A stretch of 64,000 nt of DNA. It comes from an uncultured Actinomycetes bacterium (GTDB taxonomy: Bacteria; Actinomycetota; Thermoleophilia; UBA2241). Positions 30,531 to 39,164 of the stretch are shown here, piece by piece (positions within the stretch are counted from its first letter, which is position 1; each line of letters begins with the position of its first letter). Below the pieces are notes generated by a model. It saw nothing but the letters and a program-made list of their open reading frames with translations. It was not told where the DNA came from and ran no database searches. The stretch is from positions 256,001-320,000 of the forward strand of contig CAVPVX010000002.1 of the NCBI GenBank assembly GCA_963709345.1. Reading direction: 5' to 3'. Position numbers and translations under genes: made by a program.

Positions 30531-33007
30531 TACCGCACCACGAAGTTGACCAGCTTGCCGGGCACGAAGATCTCCTTGACGACCTGCTTGCCGTCGAGGA
30601 AGCGCGCGGCATTCTCCGCGGCGCGCGCCTGCGCGAGCACGTCGTCCTTCTCCGCGTCCACCGGCACCTCAAGACGGTCGCGCAGCTTGCCGTTGACCTG
30701 CACGACGACGGTGACGACCTCGTCGGCGGCGAGCTCCTCGTCCCAGGCGGGCCACGGCGCATCGAGTACGGTGTCGCCGTGCCCGAGAAGCTCCCACACC
30801 TCTTCGCCGATGTGCGGCGCCATCGGAGCCACGAGCAGCGTCATGGCGGTGACCACCTCGCGCCATTGCGCCAGCGTGAGCGCGCCGCGCGCGCCTCCCC
30901 ACACGTCGAGCACCTCGTTCTGCAGCTCCATGAGCGCCGACACGGCGGTGTTGAAACGGAAAGTCTCCATGTCGCGCGTGACCTTACGGATGGTCTTGTT
31001 GAGCGTGCGCAGGACCTGGCGGCCCTTCTCGGCCTCGGCCTCGTCCGCCGCCACCCCGCTCCCCTGCGCCTCGACCACCTCGGCCACGAGGTTCCAGAAG
31101 CGGCTCAGGAAGCGCAGGCATCCCTGCACCCCGCGGTCGCTCCAGGCGACGCTCTGCTCGAACGGGGCGATGAAGAGTTCATAGACACGCAGCGCGTCGG
31201 CCCCGTACTGCTCCACGACGCTGTCCGGCGTGACGACGTTACCCTTGCTCTTGCTCATCTTCTGGCCGTCCTCGGCCTGGATCATGCCCTGGTTACGCAG
31301 GCGCGCGTAGGGCTCGCCGAAGCTCACGTAGCCGGCGTCCTGCGCCACCTTGCAGAAGAAGCGCGCATACAGCAGGTGCATGACGGCGTGCTCGGCGCCG
31401 CCCACGTACAGGTCGACCGGGAGCCAGTACTCGGCCTTCTCGCGGTCGAAAGCGGCCGTCTCGTCGTGCGGCGACGCGTAGCGGAAGTGGTACCAGCTCG
31501 AGCAGGCGAAGGTGTCCATGGTGTCGGTCTCGCGCAGCGCCGGTCCGCCACACCCGGGGCAGATGGTGCGCACCCACTCCTCGGCGCGCGCCAGCGGCGA
31601 ACGGCCGTCGTCGGTGGGGTGGAAGTCCTCGAGGTCGGGCAGCAGTACTGGGAGCTGGTCGACGGGCACCGGCACGGCGCCGCACTTCTCACAGTGGACG
31701 ATCGGGATGGGCGCGCCCCAGTAGCGCTGGCGGCTGATCAGCCAGTCCCTGAGCTTGAAGTTGACCTTCTTGCGCGCAGTGCCGCGCTCGCCGAGCCACT
31801 CGACAACGGCCTCGAACGCCTCGCCCGGCGCCGCCATGCCGTCGAACCGGCCGGAGTTCACCATGACGCCGTCGCCGGTGTAGGCCTCGGCGAGAGTCCC
31901 CTGCGCTCCGCTCGCCGGCGCGATCACCTCGACGATCGGGATCTCGAACTGCGTGGCGAACTGGAAGTCGCGCTCGTCGTGCGCCGGCACCGCCATGATG
32001 GCGCCGGTGCCGTAGCCCATGAGCACGTAGTCGCTGATCCAGATCGGGACCGGCGCGTCGTTCACGGGGTTGACCGCGTACGCGCCGATGAAGACGCCCG
32101 TCTTGTCCTTCTCGGTGCTGAGACGCTCGATCTCGCTCTGGCGCCGGGCCTCGTCCTGATACGCCTTCACCGCATCCTGATGCTCCGGCGCAGTGAGCTC
32201 ATCGACGAGCGGGTGCTCCGGCGCCAGCACCATGTAGGTGGCGCCGAAGAGCGTGTCGGGCCGCGTCGTGAACACCGTGAGCGTGTCGTCGCCCCCCTGA
32301 AGCCCGAAGTCGACCTCGGCGCCCTCGCTGCGCCCGATCCAGTTCGTCTGCATCAGCTTGATCTGCTCGGGCCAGTCGATCGTCCCGAGGTCGTCAAGCA
32401 GCCGCTGCGCGTAGTCGGTGATGCGCAGGTACCACTGCTCGAGGCCCTTCTTCGTCACGTCGCTGCCGCAGCGCCAGCACTTGCCCTGCTCGACCTGCTC
32501 ATTGGCGAGGATCGTCAGGCAGCTCGGGCACCACCACTGCTGGCCCGTCGCCTGATACGCCAGACCTCGCTCGTGGAGCAGCAGGAAGAACCACTGCGTC
32601 CAGCGGTAGTAGTCCGGGGAGCAGCTGGTGATCTCGCGCGACCAGTCGAAGGACAGGCCGATCAGGTCCATCTGACGATGGTAGTTGGCGATGTTGCGCT
32701 CGGTGGTGACGCGCGGGTGCACGCCCATCTTGATGGCGTAGTTCTCCGCCGGCAGGCCGAAGGCGTCCCAGCCCATCGGGTGAAGCACGTTGTGACCCTG
32801 CATGCGCTTCAGCCGCGCGACCGCGTCGGTAGGCACGTAGTTCCGGCAGTGGCCGACGCTCAGCCCGTCGCCGGAGGGGTACGGGAAGAAGTCGAGGGCG
32901 TAGAACCTGGGCTTGTCGCTCTCGTCAGGCGTGCGGTAGGCGCCCGCTTCCTTCCAGAGGCGCTGCCACTTCGGCTCGATCACCTGCGGGTCGTAACGTC
33001 GGTCCAT
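30530..33007 (-). CDS. leuS: Leucyl-tRNA synthetase
   Basis: Motifs FPYPSG.GLSVGH, GWDAFGLPAEN, FTTRPDT, DWLISRQRYWG, KMSKS and QVNGKLR. Confidence 0.98.
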   Translation of the reverse strand: MDRRYDPQVIEPKWQRLWKEAGAYRTPDESDKPRFYALDFFPYPSGDGLSVGHCRNYVPTDAVARLKRMQGHNVLHPMGWDAFGLPAENYAIKMGVHPRVTTERNIANYHRQMDLIGLSFDWSREITSCSPDYYRWTQWFFLLLHERGLAYQATGQQWWCPSCLTILANEQVEQGKCWRCGSDVTKKGLEQWYLRITDYAQRLLDDLGTIDWPEQIKLMQTNWIGRSEGAEVDFGLQGGDDTLTVFTTRPDTLFGATYMVLAPEHPLVDELTAPEHQDAVKAYQDEARRQSEIERLSTEKDKTGVFIGAYAVNPVNDAPVPIWISDYVLMGYGTGAIMAVPAHDERDFQFATQFEIPIVEVIAPASGAQGTLAEAYTGDGVMVNSGRFDGMAAPGEAFEAVVEWLGERGTARKKVNFKLRDWLISRQRYWGAPIPIVHCEKCGAVPVPVDQLPVLLPDLEDFHPTDDGRSPLARAEEWVRTICPGCGGPALRETDTMDTFACSSWYHFRYASPHDETAAFDREKAEYWLPVDLYVGGAEHAVMHLLYARFFCKVAQDAGYVSFGEPYARLRNQGMIQAEDGQKMSKSKGNVVTPDSVVEQYGADALRVYELFIAPFEQSVAWSDRGVQGCLRFLSRFWNLVAEVVEAQGSGVAADEAEAEKGRQVLRTLNKTIRKVTRDMETFRFNTAVSALMELQNEVLDVWGGARGALTLAQWREVVTAMTLLVAPMAPHIGEEVWELLGHGDTVLDAPWPAWDEELAADEVVTVVVQVNGKLRDRLEVPVDAEKDDVLAQARAAENAARFLDGKQVVKEIFVPGKLVNFVVR

Positions 33008-33131
33008 GCGGTCCTCTCTGGCAGCGATACACGGCACGCCGGCGATCGCGGCTCGACCGGCTCACCTACGAGGGCGAGCCGCGGGCGTGCGGTTCACGAT
33101 TCTACATGAGCCGGAGGCCGGCGCCTGCGGC

Positions 33132-34613
33132 TCAGGGGCCGAAGGGCGTGTAGCTCACGACCGTCCTGCCGTCCCCCGAGTACGAGAGCGTGGTGACGCC
33201 GACGAGGTGCGGCGTGCCGGCGCGCGAGAAATCCACGAGCTGGAAGGTGTACACGTCGCGGCTGCCGGCGGCCGGCTCCGCGACCTGCCGCTCGTCCGCC
33301 GAGCCGATCGACTCGTACCCCGAGGCGCCGGCCGTGCCCGCGTCCACGAGCACGACGCTGCCCTGCCGTCGCAGGCCGGCGACGTGGTCGTTGCCGTAGG
33401 CCACGAGCAGATCGCGATCGGCCTCCTCGGCCGCGTCGATCGTCGCCAGAGCCTGACGGATGTCATGCACGAGCAGGATCTGCGGCTCCGGATCGGCCAG
33501 CTCCCACAGCGTGGCAAGCCACGCGCCGGAGGTCGCCAGTCCGTCGAGATCGGATGCGACCCGTGAAGACCGCGCCACCGGGTCGGACGCCCCGAGGACG
33601 GTCACGCCGGCGATCGTCGTCGCCGACCCGTCGAGGACCTGGTAGCCGGCGTCCGCGAAGACCCGCACAGCCGGCTCGTCCTCGTGGTTGCCTCCCACGA
33701 CGAGCACCGGCGCATCCGTCCGTCCAAAGACGCGAACGAAGAGCCGCGCTTCCTCGCCGGTGCCACGGTCGGTGATGTCGCCGGCCAGGAGCACTGCGTC
33801 CACCGGGCTGCCGTCGGCGACGGCGAGACGGGCGACGGCACGAGCGCCGAACACGTTGTCATGGATGTCGCTGGCAAGCAGGAAGCGCACCACATCGGCG
33901 CGCACCGGCCGCCTCGGCTCGAGCTGCAGCTGCGCCGCGACCGCCTCGAGCCCGTCGAAGAAGTCGTGCAGGCGGCTCAGGCTGTCGCCCTGGTCGCCGC
34001 CCGTACTGAGGGCGCGAAGCAGGGGCAGGATCTCGGGGACCTTCGTCGCCAGACCCCGATACTCGACGGACGGGGTGCGGTCGAGCGTGGAGTAGCTGAC
34101 CGCCGCCACGGCGCCCCCGATGGAGAGCGCGACCACGACACCGGCGACGCCCGCCCACACCAGGCGCCGGCGCGTCCACGCCCCGGCCACCAGAAGGCCG
34201 GCGGCCGCCCCGATCAGGACGAGCCAGGGGATTCGGCTCTGCAGGTACCGCGTGAAGGCGGCCTGCGCCCCTCCTTCCAACTGCTGCACGTCGCGGGCGG
34301 ACCCATTCTCGTCGAGGAGGGCCGCCGTCTGCGACGGCAGACGGTACGTCATGAGCACGTCCACCGGCGTCCGGTGCGTACGCAGAGAAAGCTCGCCGGC
34401 CGGCCCCAGCGGCATGATCAGCCGACCGCCGGGCCACGCCGGCTTGAGCTGGAAGGCCACCGATCCGGCCGGCACGTCGTAGCTCGACTCGGCCTGGAAC
34501 AGGAGGAGGCCGGCGATCAGGAGCGCCACCAGCGCCGCGCGCGCCACAAGGTCGAGCATCCGCGCGCCGCATCGCAGCGCTCTCAGGCCCGGATCGTCCG
34601 TTTGTTCGTCCAC
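33132..34613 (-). CDS. Membrane-anchored calcineurin-like metallophosphoesterase
   Basis: Motifs SDIH, AGDITD, GGNHE and LVHD. N-terminal TMs. SD GGAGGTG before GTG 34613. Confidence 0.82.
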   Translation of the reverse strand: MDEQTDDPGLRALRCGARMLDLVARAALVALLIAGLLLFQAESSYDVPAGSVAFQLKPAWPGGRLIMPLGPAGELSLRTHRTPVDVLMTYRLPSQTAALLDENGSARDVQQLEGGAQAAFTRYLQSRIPWLVLIGAAAGLLVAGAWTRRRLVWAGVAGVVVALSIGGAVAAVSYSTLDRTPSVEYRGLATKVPEILPLLRALSTGGDQGDSLSRLHDFFDGLEAVAAQLQLEPRRPVRADVVRFLLASDIHDNVFGARAVARLAVADGSPVDAVLLAGDITDRGTGEEARLFVRVFGRTDAPVLVVGGNHEDEPAVRVFADAGYQVLDGSATTIAGVTVLGASDPVARSSRVASDLDGLATSGAWLATLWELADPEPQILLVHDIRQALATIDAAEEADRDLLVAYGNDHVAGLRRQGSVVLVDAGTAGASGYESIGSADERQVAEPAAGSRDVYTFQLVDFSRAGTPHLVGVTTLSYSGDGRTVVSYTPFGP

Positions 34614-34690
34614 CGTGCCGCTCACCTCCGCGCCTCGTCCAGACCTGTCGCAAGCCCTCACGACCATGGTACCCGACCGGCCGGGGCAGC

Positions 34691-34718
34691 TTGCCGGAGA
34701 GGGCGGATATGCTATACT
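34691..34718 (+). promoter_or_regulatory. tRNA promoter TTGCCG-N16-TATACT with TGn extension
   Basis: Near-consensus hexamers about 35 nt upstream of the tRNA. Confidence 0.65.
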
Positions 34719-34753
34719 TTCGTGCCTGTCGGCGCCGCCGGCAGCCCTTCGGT

Positions 34754-34829
34754 GGGGGTATAGCTCAGTTGGGAGAGCGTTTGGCTGGCAGCCAAAAGGT
34801 CACCGGTTCGAGCCCGGTTACCTCCACCA
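34754..34829 (+). tRNA. tRNA-Ala (GGC)
   Basis: 76-nt cloverleaf with acceptor stem GGGGGTA/TACCTCC carrying the G3:U70 Ala identity pair, anticodon arm TTTGG-CTGGCAG-CCAAA, T-loop GGTTCGAGCC and encoded CCA. Confidence 0.97.
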
Positions 34830-36391
34830 TCTCGACCACCTCGTCGCCGCTGCCGGTTGCGGCAGCGCCCGCCCCCCGATTCCTGCTCGGCCTCGTCTTC
34901 CTCGCCGGCATCGGCTCCATGGCCAGCGAGATGTGCGCCTCTCGGCTCCTCGCGCCCTACTACGGCTCGTCGACGGTCGTGTGGGCCAACATCATCGGGC
35001 TCATCCTCGCCTCGCTGTCCGTCGGCTACTGGCTCGGTGGGCTTCTCGCCGACCGCCGGCCCTCGCCGTCCCTGCTCGCTACACTCGTGCTGGCCGCGGC
35101 TGCGTGGGTCGCCACGATCCCCTTCGTGGCACGGCCCTTCCTGGATCTGTCGATCAAGGGCATCGAGACCGTCTCGACGGGCGCCGTAGTCGGCTCGTTC
35201 GCCGCGTCCCTCGCCCTGTTCGCGCCGCCGGTGGTGCTGTTCGGCATGGTCACGCCGTTCGCTATCCGGCTCGCGGCGACCGGCGTGGCGGACGCCGGAC
35301 GCGTGGCCGGCCGGGTCTTCGCGCTCTCGACCGCCGGCAGCCTGCTCGGCACCTTCGTGCCGGCACTCGTGACCATCCCGCTCATCGGCACCCAGCGCAC
35401 CCTTATCGGCGCCGCGCTCATCCTCGCTCTGGCGGCGACGCCGCTTCTCAGCCGGCGAGTCTACGGCCTGGCCGCGGCGGCGGTCTTCGCGCTCCTGCTC
35501 GCCGTCCCCCCGGGCGCCGTCAGAGCACAGGACGGCCTGCTTCACGAGGAGGAGTCCACGTACCAATTCATCCAGGTCGTCCAGTCGGGACAGGAGCGCC
35601 GTCTCTACCTCAACGAAGGCATCGCCATCCACTCCGTCTGGCGCCCGGACACGGTGCTGACCGGCGGCGAGTGGGACATGTTCCTCACGGCGCCCCCGCT
35701 CCTCGGACGCCCGGCCACCTGCGTCGCGACGCTGGGCAACGCCGCCGGCACGACGGCCCGGGCGTTCGGCGTCTACTACCCCACCGCGGATATCGACGGC
35801 ATTGAGATCGACCCGGCCGTGAGCGCCGTCGGCCGTCGCTACTTCGGCCTCGATGACAACCCCCGGCTCACGGTCCACACCGCCGACGCGCGGCCGTTTC
35901 TCAAGACGAGCGGGAGGCGCTACGACCTCATCCTGATCGACGCTTATCGTCAGCCGTACGTGCCGTTCTACCTGGCCACGCGCGAGTTCTTCCGTCTGTG
36001 CCGTGAGCGGCTTACGCCCGGCGGCATCGTCGCGCTCAACGTCTCCACGGTGCCCGGCGACGACCGCTTGGCGGAAGCGGTGGCGGGGACGCTGCGAAGC
36101 GAGTTCCCGCAGGTCGTGACCTGGCAGGCGCTGCGCTTCAACCAGTTCGTCGTGGGCCTCACGGAGCCGCAGACTCGCGCCACCCTGGCCGCACGACTCC
36201 AGGATGCCCCCGCCGATCTGCTTCCGCTCGCCGAGCTTTTCGCCCGCGACCTGCGCGAGGCCGCCCCGGCGTCGCGCCCGTGGACCGACGACCGCGCGCC
36301 GGTAGAGTGGATCACCGACAGGATGATCGCCGCCTATGCCCTGCAGGGAGCGACAGCGAGCGAGGACCTCCTCCCCACCGCGCCCCGCTGA
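34829..36391 (+). CDS. Fused membrane domain / spermidine synthase-like SAM-dependent transferase
   Basis: Motifs SRLLAPYYGSS..VW, STAGSLLGTF, ESTYQ, LGNAAGT, IEIDP, DARPFL and WTDDRAPVE. No canonical start codon before the first TM. Confidence 0.85.
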   Translation: MSTTSSPLPVAAAPAPRFLLGLVFLAGIGSMASEMCASRLLAPYYGSSTVVWANIIGLILASLSVGYWLGGLLADRRPSPSLLATLVLAAAAWVATIPFVARPFLDLSIKGIETVSTGAVVGSFAASLALFAPPVVLFGMVTPFAIRLAATGVADAGRVAGRVFALSTAGSLLGTFVPALVTIPLIGTQRTLIGAALILALAATPLLSRRVYGLAAAAVFALLLAVPPGAVRAQDGLLHEEESTYQFIQVVQSGQERRLYLNEGIAIHSVWRPDTVLTGGEWDMFLTAPPLLGRPATCVATLGNAAGTTARAFGVYYPTADIDGIEIDPAVSAVGRRYFGLDDNPRLTVHTADARPFLKTSGRRYDLILIDAYRQPYVPFYLATREFFRLCRERLTPGGIVALNVSTVPGDDRLAEAVAGTLRSEFPQVVTWQALRFNQFVVGLTEPQTRATLAARLQDAPADLLPLAELFARDLREAAPASRPWTDDRAPVEWITDRMIAAYALQGATASEDLLPTAPR

Positions 36392-36409
36392 GGCGGGCGA
36401 CCGCCCGCC
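36392..36409 (+). terminator. GC-rich hairpin directly after the stop codon
   Basis: GGCGGGCG-AC-CGCCCGCC. Confidence 0.4.
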
Positions 36410-36459
36410 ACGACGGCGTCTTCGGCCTCGCCCGATGCCCTCGGCGCCCGTCGCGCCGG

Positions 36460-36485
36460 GTTTAGCTGCGGAGTCTGCCGGAAAC
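36460..36485 (+). promoter_or_regulatory. Possible SigB/SigF-type promoter GTTT-N16-GGAAAC
   Basis: Resembles the GTTT...GGGTAN stress-sigma consensus, upstream of an anti-anti-sigma gene. Confidence 0.35.
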
Positions 36486-36554
36486 TAACGAGACACGTGC
36501 AGTGAGCGCCCACGAACGGTGCTCGATGCAACCCGTTGGTGGAGGGAGACGCGT

Positions 36555-36914
36555 ATGGAAGACAAGCCGCAGTTCCGCGTCGAGTACGAGAAACCGGCCG
36601 ACGACGTCGGCGTGGTCATGCTCGAGGGCGAAGTAGACATCTATTCCGCGCCGGAGTTCAAGGAAGTGCTGGTCGGTGGCATCGAAGGCGGCGCGAAGCG
36701 GGTGATCGTCGACCTGTCCAGGGTCACGTTCATCGACTCCACGGCCCTGGGTGTCCTTGTGAGCGGTGCGAAACGCGTGCGCCCTCGCAACGGCAATCTC
36801 GACATCGTGTGCACCGACGAGAACATCATCCGCATATTCGAGATCACCGGCCTAGACCGCATCTTCGGGATCTTCCCGAGCAGGGGTGAGGCCATGAAGG
36901 CGGCGTCCCCTTGA
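36555..36914 (+). CDS. STAS-domain anti-sigma factor antagonist (RsbV/BldG-like)
   Basis: Motifs GEVDIYSAP, VDLSRVTFIDSTALGVLV and IFEITGL. SD GGAGG. Confidence 0.93.
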   Translation: MEDKPQFRVEYEKPADDVGVVMLEGEVDIYSAPEFKEVLVGGIEGGAKRVIVDLSRVTFIDSTALGVLVSGAKRVRPRNGNLDIVCTDENIIRIFEITGLDRIFGIFPSRGEAMKAASP

Positions 36915-36987
36915 GAGACGGGACGCCGGGACGACACCGAGAGACGACCGCCGGCAGGTCACGGGGCGGTCGTCGGGGGCGATCAAG

Positions 36988-37371
36988 ATGGAGTTGCGCA
37001 GCTCGAGAAAGCTTCGCGGCAGCGGACTCCACGACGTGGCCGACGTGATGCTGAAGACGAAGACATATGGAGTCGGGCGGATCTGCAGGGTTGATGGATG
37101 CGGGACGCGCCTCTCGGCCTACAACCCGTCGAGCGTGTGCGCGTTGCACGGTGGGGCCTGGCAGGAGGAGTATCACCGCAGCGCGCGCAGGGCGAGCCGG
37201 CGCGAAGAGATCATGCGCCGCTGCGCGTTCGAGCCGTGCGGCCGTGAGTTCGTCACCACGAACCCCGCGAAGAAGTACTGCTGTGACGCCTGCCGCATGA
37301 AGGCCTTCCAGGCACGGGTCATGACGGCCCGGCGCATGGGCGACGTCAGCGCCCAGCGCCGCGCGAGCTGA
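36988..37371 (+). CDS. Hypothetical basic protein with two putative zinc fingers
   Basis: CRVDGC-x12-CALH and CAFEPC-x13-CCDAC followed by a basic helix (CGNR-finger-like). Confidence 0.75.
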   Translation: MELRSSRKLRGSGLHDVADVMLKTKTYGVGRICRVDGCGTRLSAYNPSSVCALHGGAWQEEYHRSARRASRREEIMRRCAFEPCGREFVTTNPAKKYCCDACRMKAFQARVMTARRMGDVSAQRRAS

Positions 37372-37423
37372 CCCGACGACCGAACCGCCGCCGAAGACCG
37401 CCCGCGGGCCCGGCCGCCAGGAT

Positions 37424-37915
37424 TCAGACCGGCCTGGGCGTATCCAACGTCTCCGCGGGAAGACCGCTCGGGGGTATCACCGGCAGCGGCCCCGCCATCA
37501 CGCTCTGCACTGCCGAGTCCACCGAGTCGAAGACGGGGATGACGTTGTGCAGCCCCACCACGCCGAAGACTCGCCTCACCTGACCCCCGGGACGCGCCAG
37601 CAGCAACTCCCGCCGCTTCGCTCTCTGCGCGCGGCTGAGCTTGAGCAGGAACGCCACGAAGCTGGAGTCGATGAACGTCGTCGAAGCGAGGTCGATAACA
37701 AGATGCTGCTGGTGATAGAGCGGCCCGAGGCTCCGTCGCAAATAGCGGTCGATGTCGGGCACGGTGTCCAGGTCGAACTCGCCCGCCAACTCGAGTACCG
37801 GCGGCACACCCTCTCCAGTGTCGGCGGCCGGCGACCGCAACCGCACCATGCCCGGCTGCGCCGCCGGTCGATCGATGATCACTCTCTGCCCCACACTGCC
37901 CTGCCTCCCCACCAT
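37424..37915 (-). CDS. Second STAS-domain anti-sigma factor antagonist
   Basis: Motifs LAGEFDL, VIDLASTTFIDSS and VRRVFGVVGL. Start could be a downstream GTG after SD GGGAGG. Confidence 0.85.
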   Translation of the reverse strand: MVGRQGSVGQRVIIDRPAAQPGMVRLRSPAADTGEGVPPVLELAGEFDLDTVPDIDRYLRRSLGPLYHQQHLVIDLASTTFIDSSFVAFLLKLSRAQRAKRRELLLARPGGQVRRVFGVVGLHNVIPVFDSVDSAVQSVMAGPLPVIPPSGLPAETLDTPRPV

Positions 37916-38088
37916 GCAGCACGCCCGGCGCCTCAGTGCAGCGAAGCGCCATCCGATGAACCAGCCCCCTGTGTCCCGGTCATGCGTTGAAGACGCTAGG
38001 CGACACGGGCTCCGCTGTAAAGGCTTTTTGAGTGAGGTTCGGCAGCTTCGCCGCTGAGGCTCTTGGGCACACTGAGGGAGTGGCGCAG
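37901..38088 (-). ncRNA. Candidate structured RNA (6S-like rod)
   Basis: About 60 nested base pairs traced by hand. About 8 are G-U on the minus strand and would be A-C mismatches on the plus strand. Confidence 0.55.
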
Positions 38089-38191
38089 ACCCTCGACCAT
38101 TCGTTGAGGAAGTCTCAGGTACGACTTGAGGCCGTCGCCCGCACCCCGTCCGGGCGCGGCAGGCCCACGTCGCTCGCAGAGCCGAGAGCCG

Positions 38192-39160
38192 TCAGGCCTG
38201 CTCGCTCCGCGCTGCCGCCCTGAGCTTGCGATACTGCGGCTCGCGCTCCTTGAGCACCGTCACGATCGGGCTCGCGACGAAGATCGACGAGTACGCTCCT
38301 GCGAGGATGCCGACGAGCAGCGCGAAGGCGAAATCCTGGAGCGTGCCGCCGCCGAAGACAAGGAGTGCAACGACCGGCAGCAGCGTCGTCAGAGTGGTGT
38401 TGAAGGAGCGCGTCAGCGTCCCCCATAGCGAGATGTTGACCATGTCGCCGTAGGGGATGCGGTTGAAGCGGGGCTCGTTCTCCCGGATCCGGTCGAAGAT
38501 GATGACCGTGTCGTAGAGGGAGTAGCCGAGGATCGTGAGCACTGCCGCGATGGTCGCCGTGGTCACCTCGTGACCGGTGATCGAATACACGCCGACCACG
38601 ACCAGAAGGTCGTGGATCTCGGCGCCCACCGCCCCGATGGCGAATCGCCACTGGAAGCGGATGGTGACGTAGACGAGGATGAGCAGAAGGGCAAGGGTGA
38701 CGGCCTTCAGTGACGAACTCACGACCTGCCGCCCGAAGGTGGCGCCGACAGTCTGCAACGAGAAGACCTCGGCGCCGCCGGTGGACGCGATGGTATATTG
38801 CTCGTCCAGCGTAGCCTTGAACGCGTCCTGCTGGGGCGGCGTGAGCACCGCTGTCTGGATCTGGAAGCCCGCGAGACCGCTGCCGGCGATGTCGGGTGTC
38901 TCCTGGATCTGAGCCTTGGGGTACCCCGCTTCAGCGACCACGCGGCGTACTTCGGCAAGGCTCGGCGACTCCTCGAAGGCAACGGCGATGCGCGTGCCCT
39001 CGTTGAACTCGAGGCCGTAGTTGAGGCCCTGCACCGGGTTGCCGCCGCCCTTCACGAACAGGCTGACGAGCCCGGCTGCGATGACGATGGCGGAGAAGGT
39101 GAACCACCACGCCTTGTGGCCCATGTAGTCGAACGAGTAGATGCGGCGGAAGATCTTCAC
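38192..39160 (-). CDS. secF: Protein translocase subunit SecF
   Basis: Motifs LNYGLEFNEG, TVGATFG, HDLL and LTILGYSLYDTVIIFDRIREN. Confidence 0.95.
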   Translation of the reverse strand: MKIFRRIYSFDYMGHKAWWFTFSAIVIAAGLVSLFVKGGGNPVQGLNYGLEFNEGTRIAVAFEESPSLAEVRRVVAEAGYPKAQIQETPDIAGSGLAGFQIQTAVLTPPQQDAFKATLDEQYTIASTGGAEVFSLQTVGATFGRQVVSSSLKAVTLALLLILVYVTIRFQWRFAIGAVGAEIHDLLVVVGVYSITGHEVTTATIAAVLTILGYSLYDTVIIFDRIRENEPRFNRIPYGDMVNISLWGTLTRSFNTTLTTLLPVVALLVFGGGTLQDFAFALLVGILAGAYSSIFVASPIVTVLKEREPQYRKLRAAARSEQA

Positions 39161-39164
39161 GGCG

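Noticed and set aside
30779-33109. Long antisense or alternate-frame ORFs (for example 30779-33109 +, 60322-62946 +, 14989-16509 +, 47029-48558 +)
   Set aside because: Shadows of real genes caused by stop-codon scarcity at high GC3. They have no motifs and fully overlap conserved genes.
33008-33131. T-box riboswitch upstream of leuS
   Set aside because: The gap is too short (~120 nt) and lacks the T-box GGTGGxACCGCG sequence.
34691-34828. N-terminal extension of the 566-aa ORF through the tRNA from TTG 34691
   Set aside because: That TTG is the -35 box of the tRNA promoter, upstream of the likely transcription start.
37901-38088. SRP RNA, tmRNA or RNase P identity for the structured RNA
   Set aside because: It lacks the SRP helix-8 GNRA/AGCAG motif, tRNA-like ends with a tag ORF, and the RNase P GAGGAAAGUCC motif.
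34754-38190. tRNA-Ala as the attachment site of an integrated element
   Set aside because: No integrase, and I saw no duplicated tRNA 3' end downstream.
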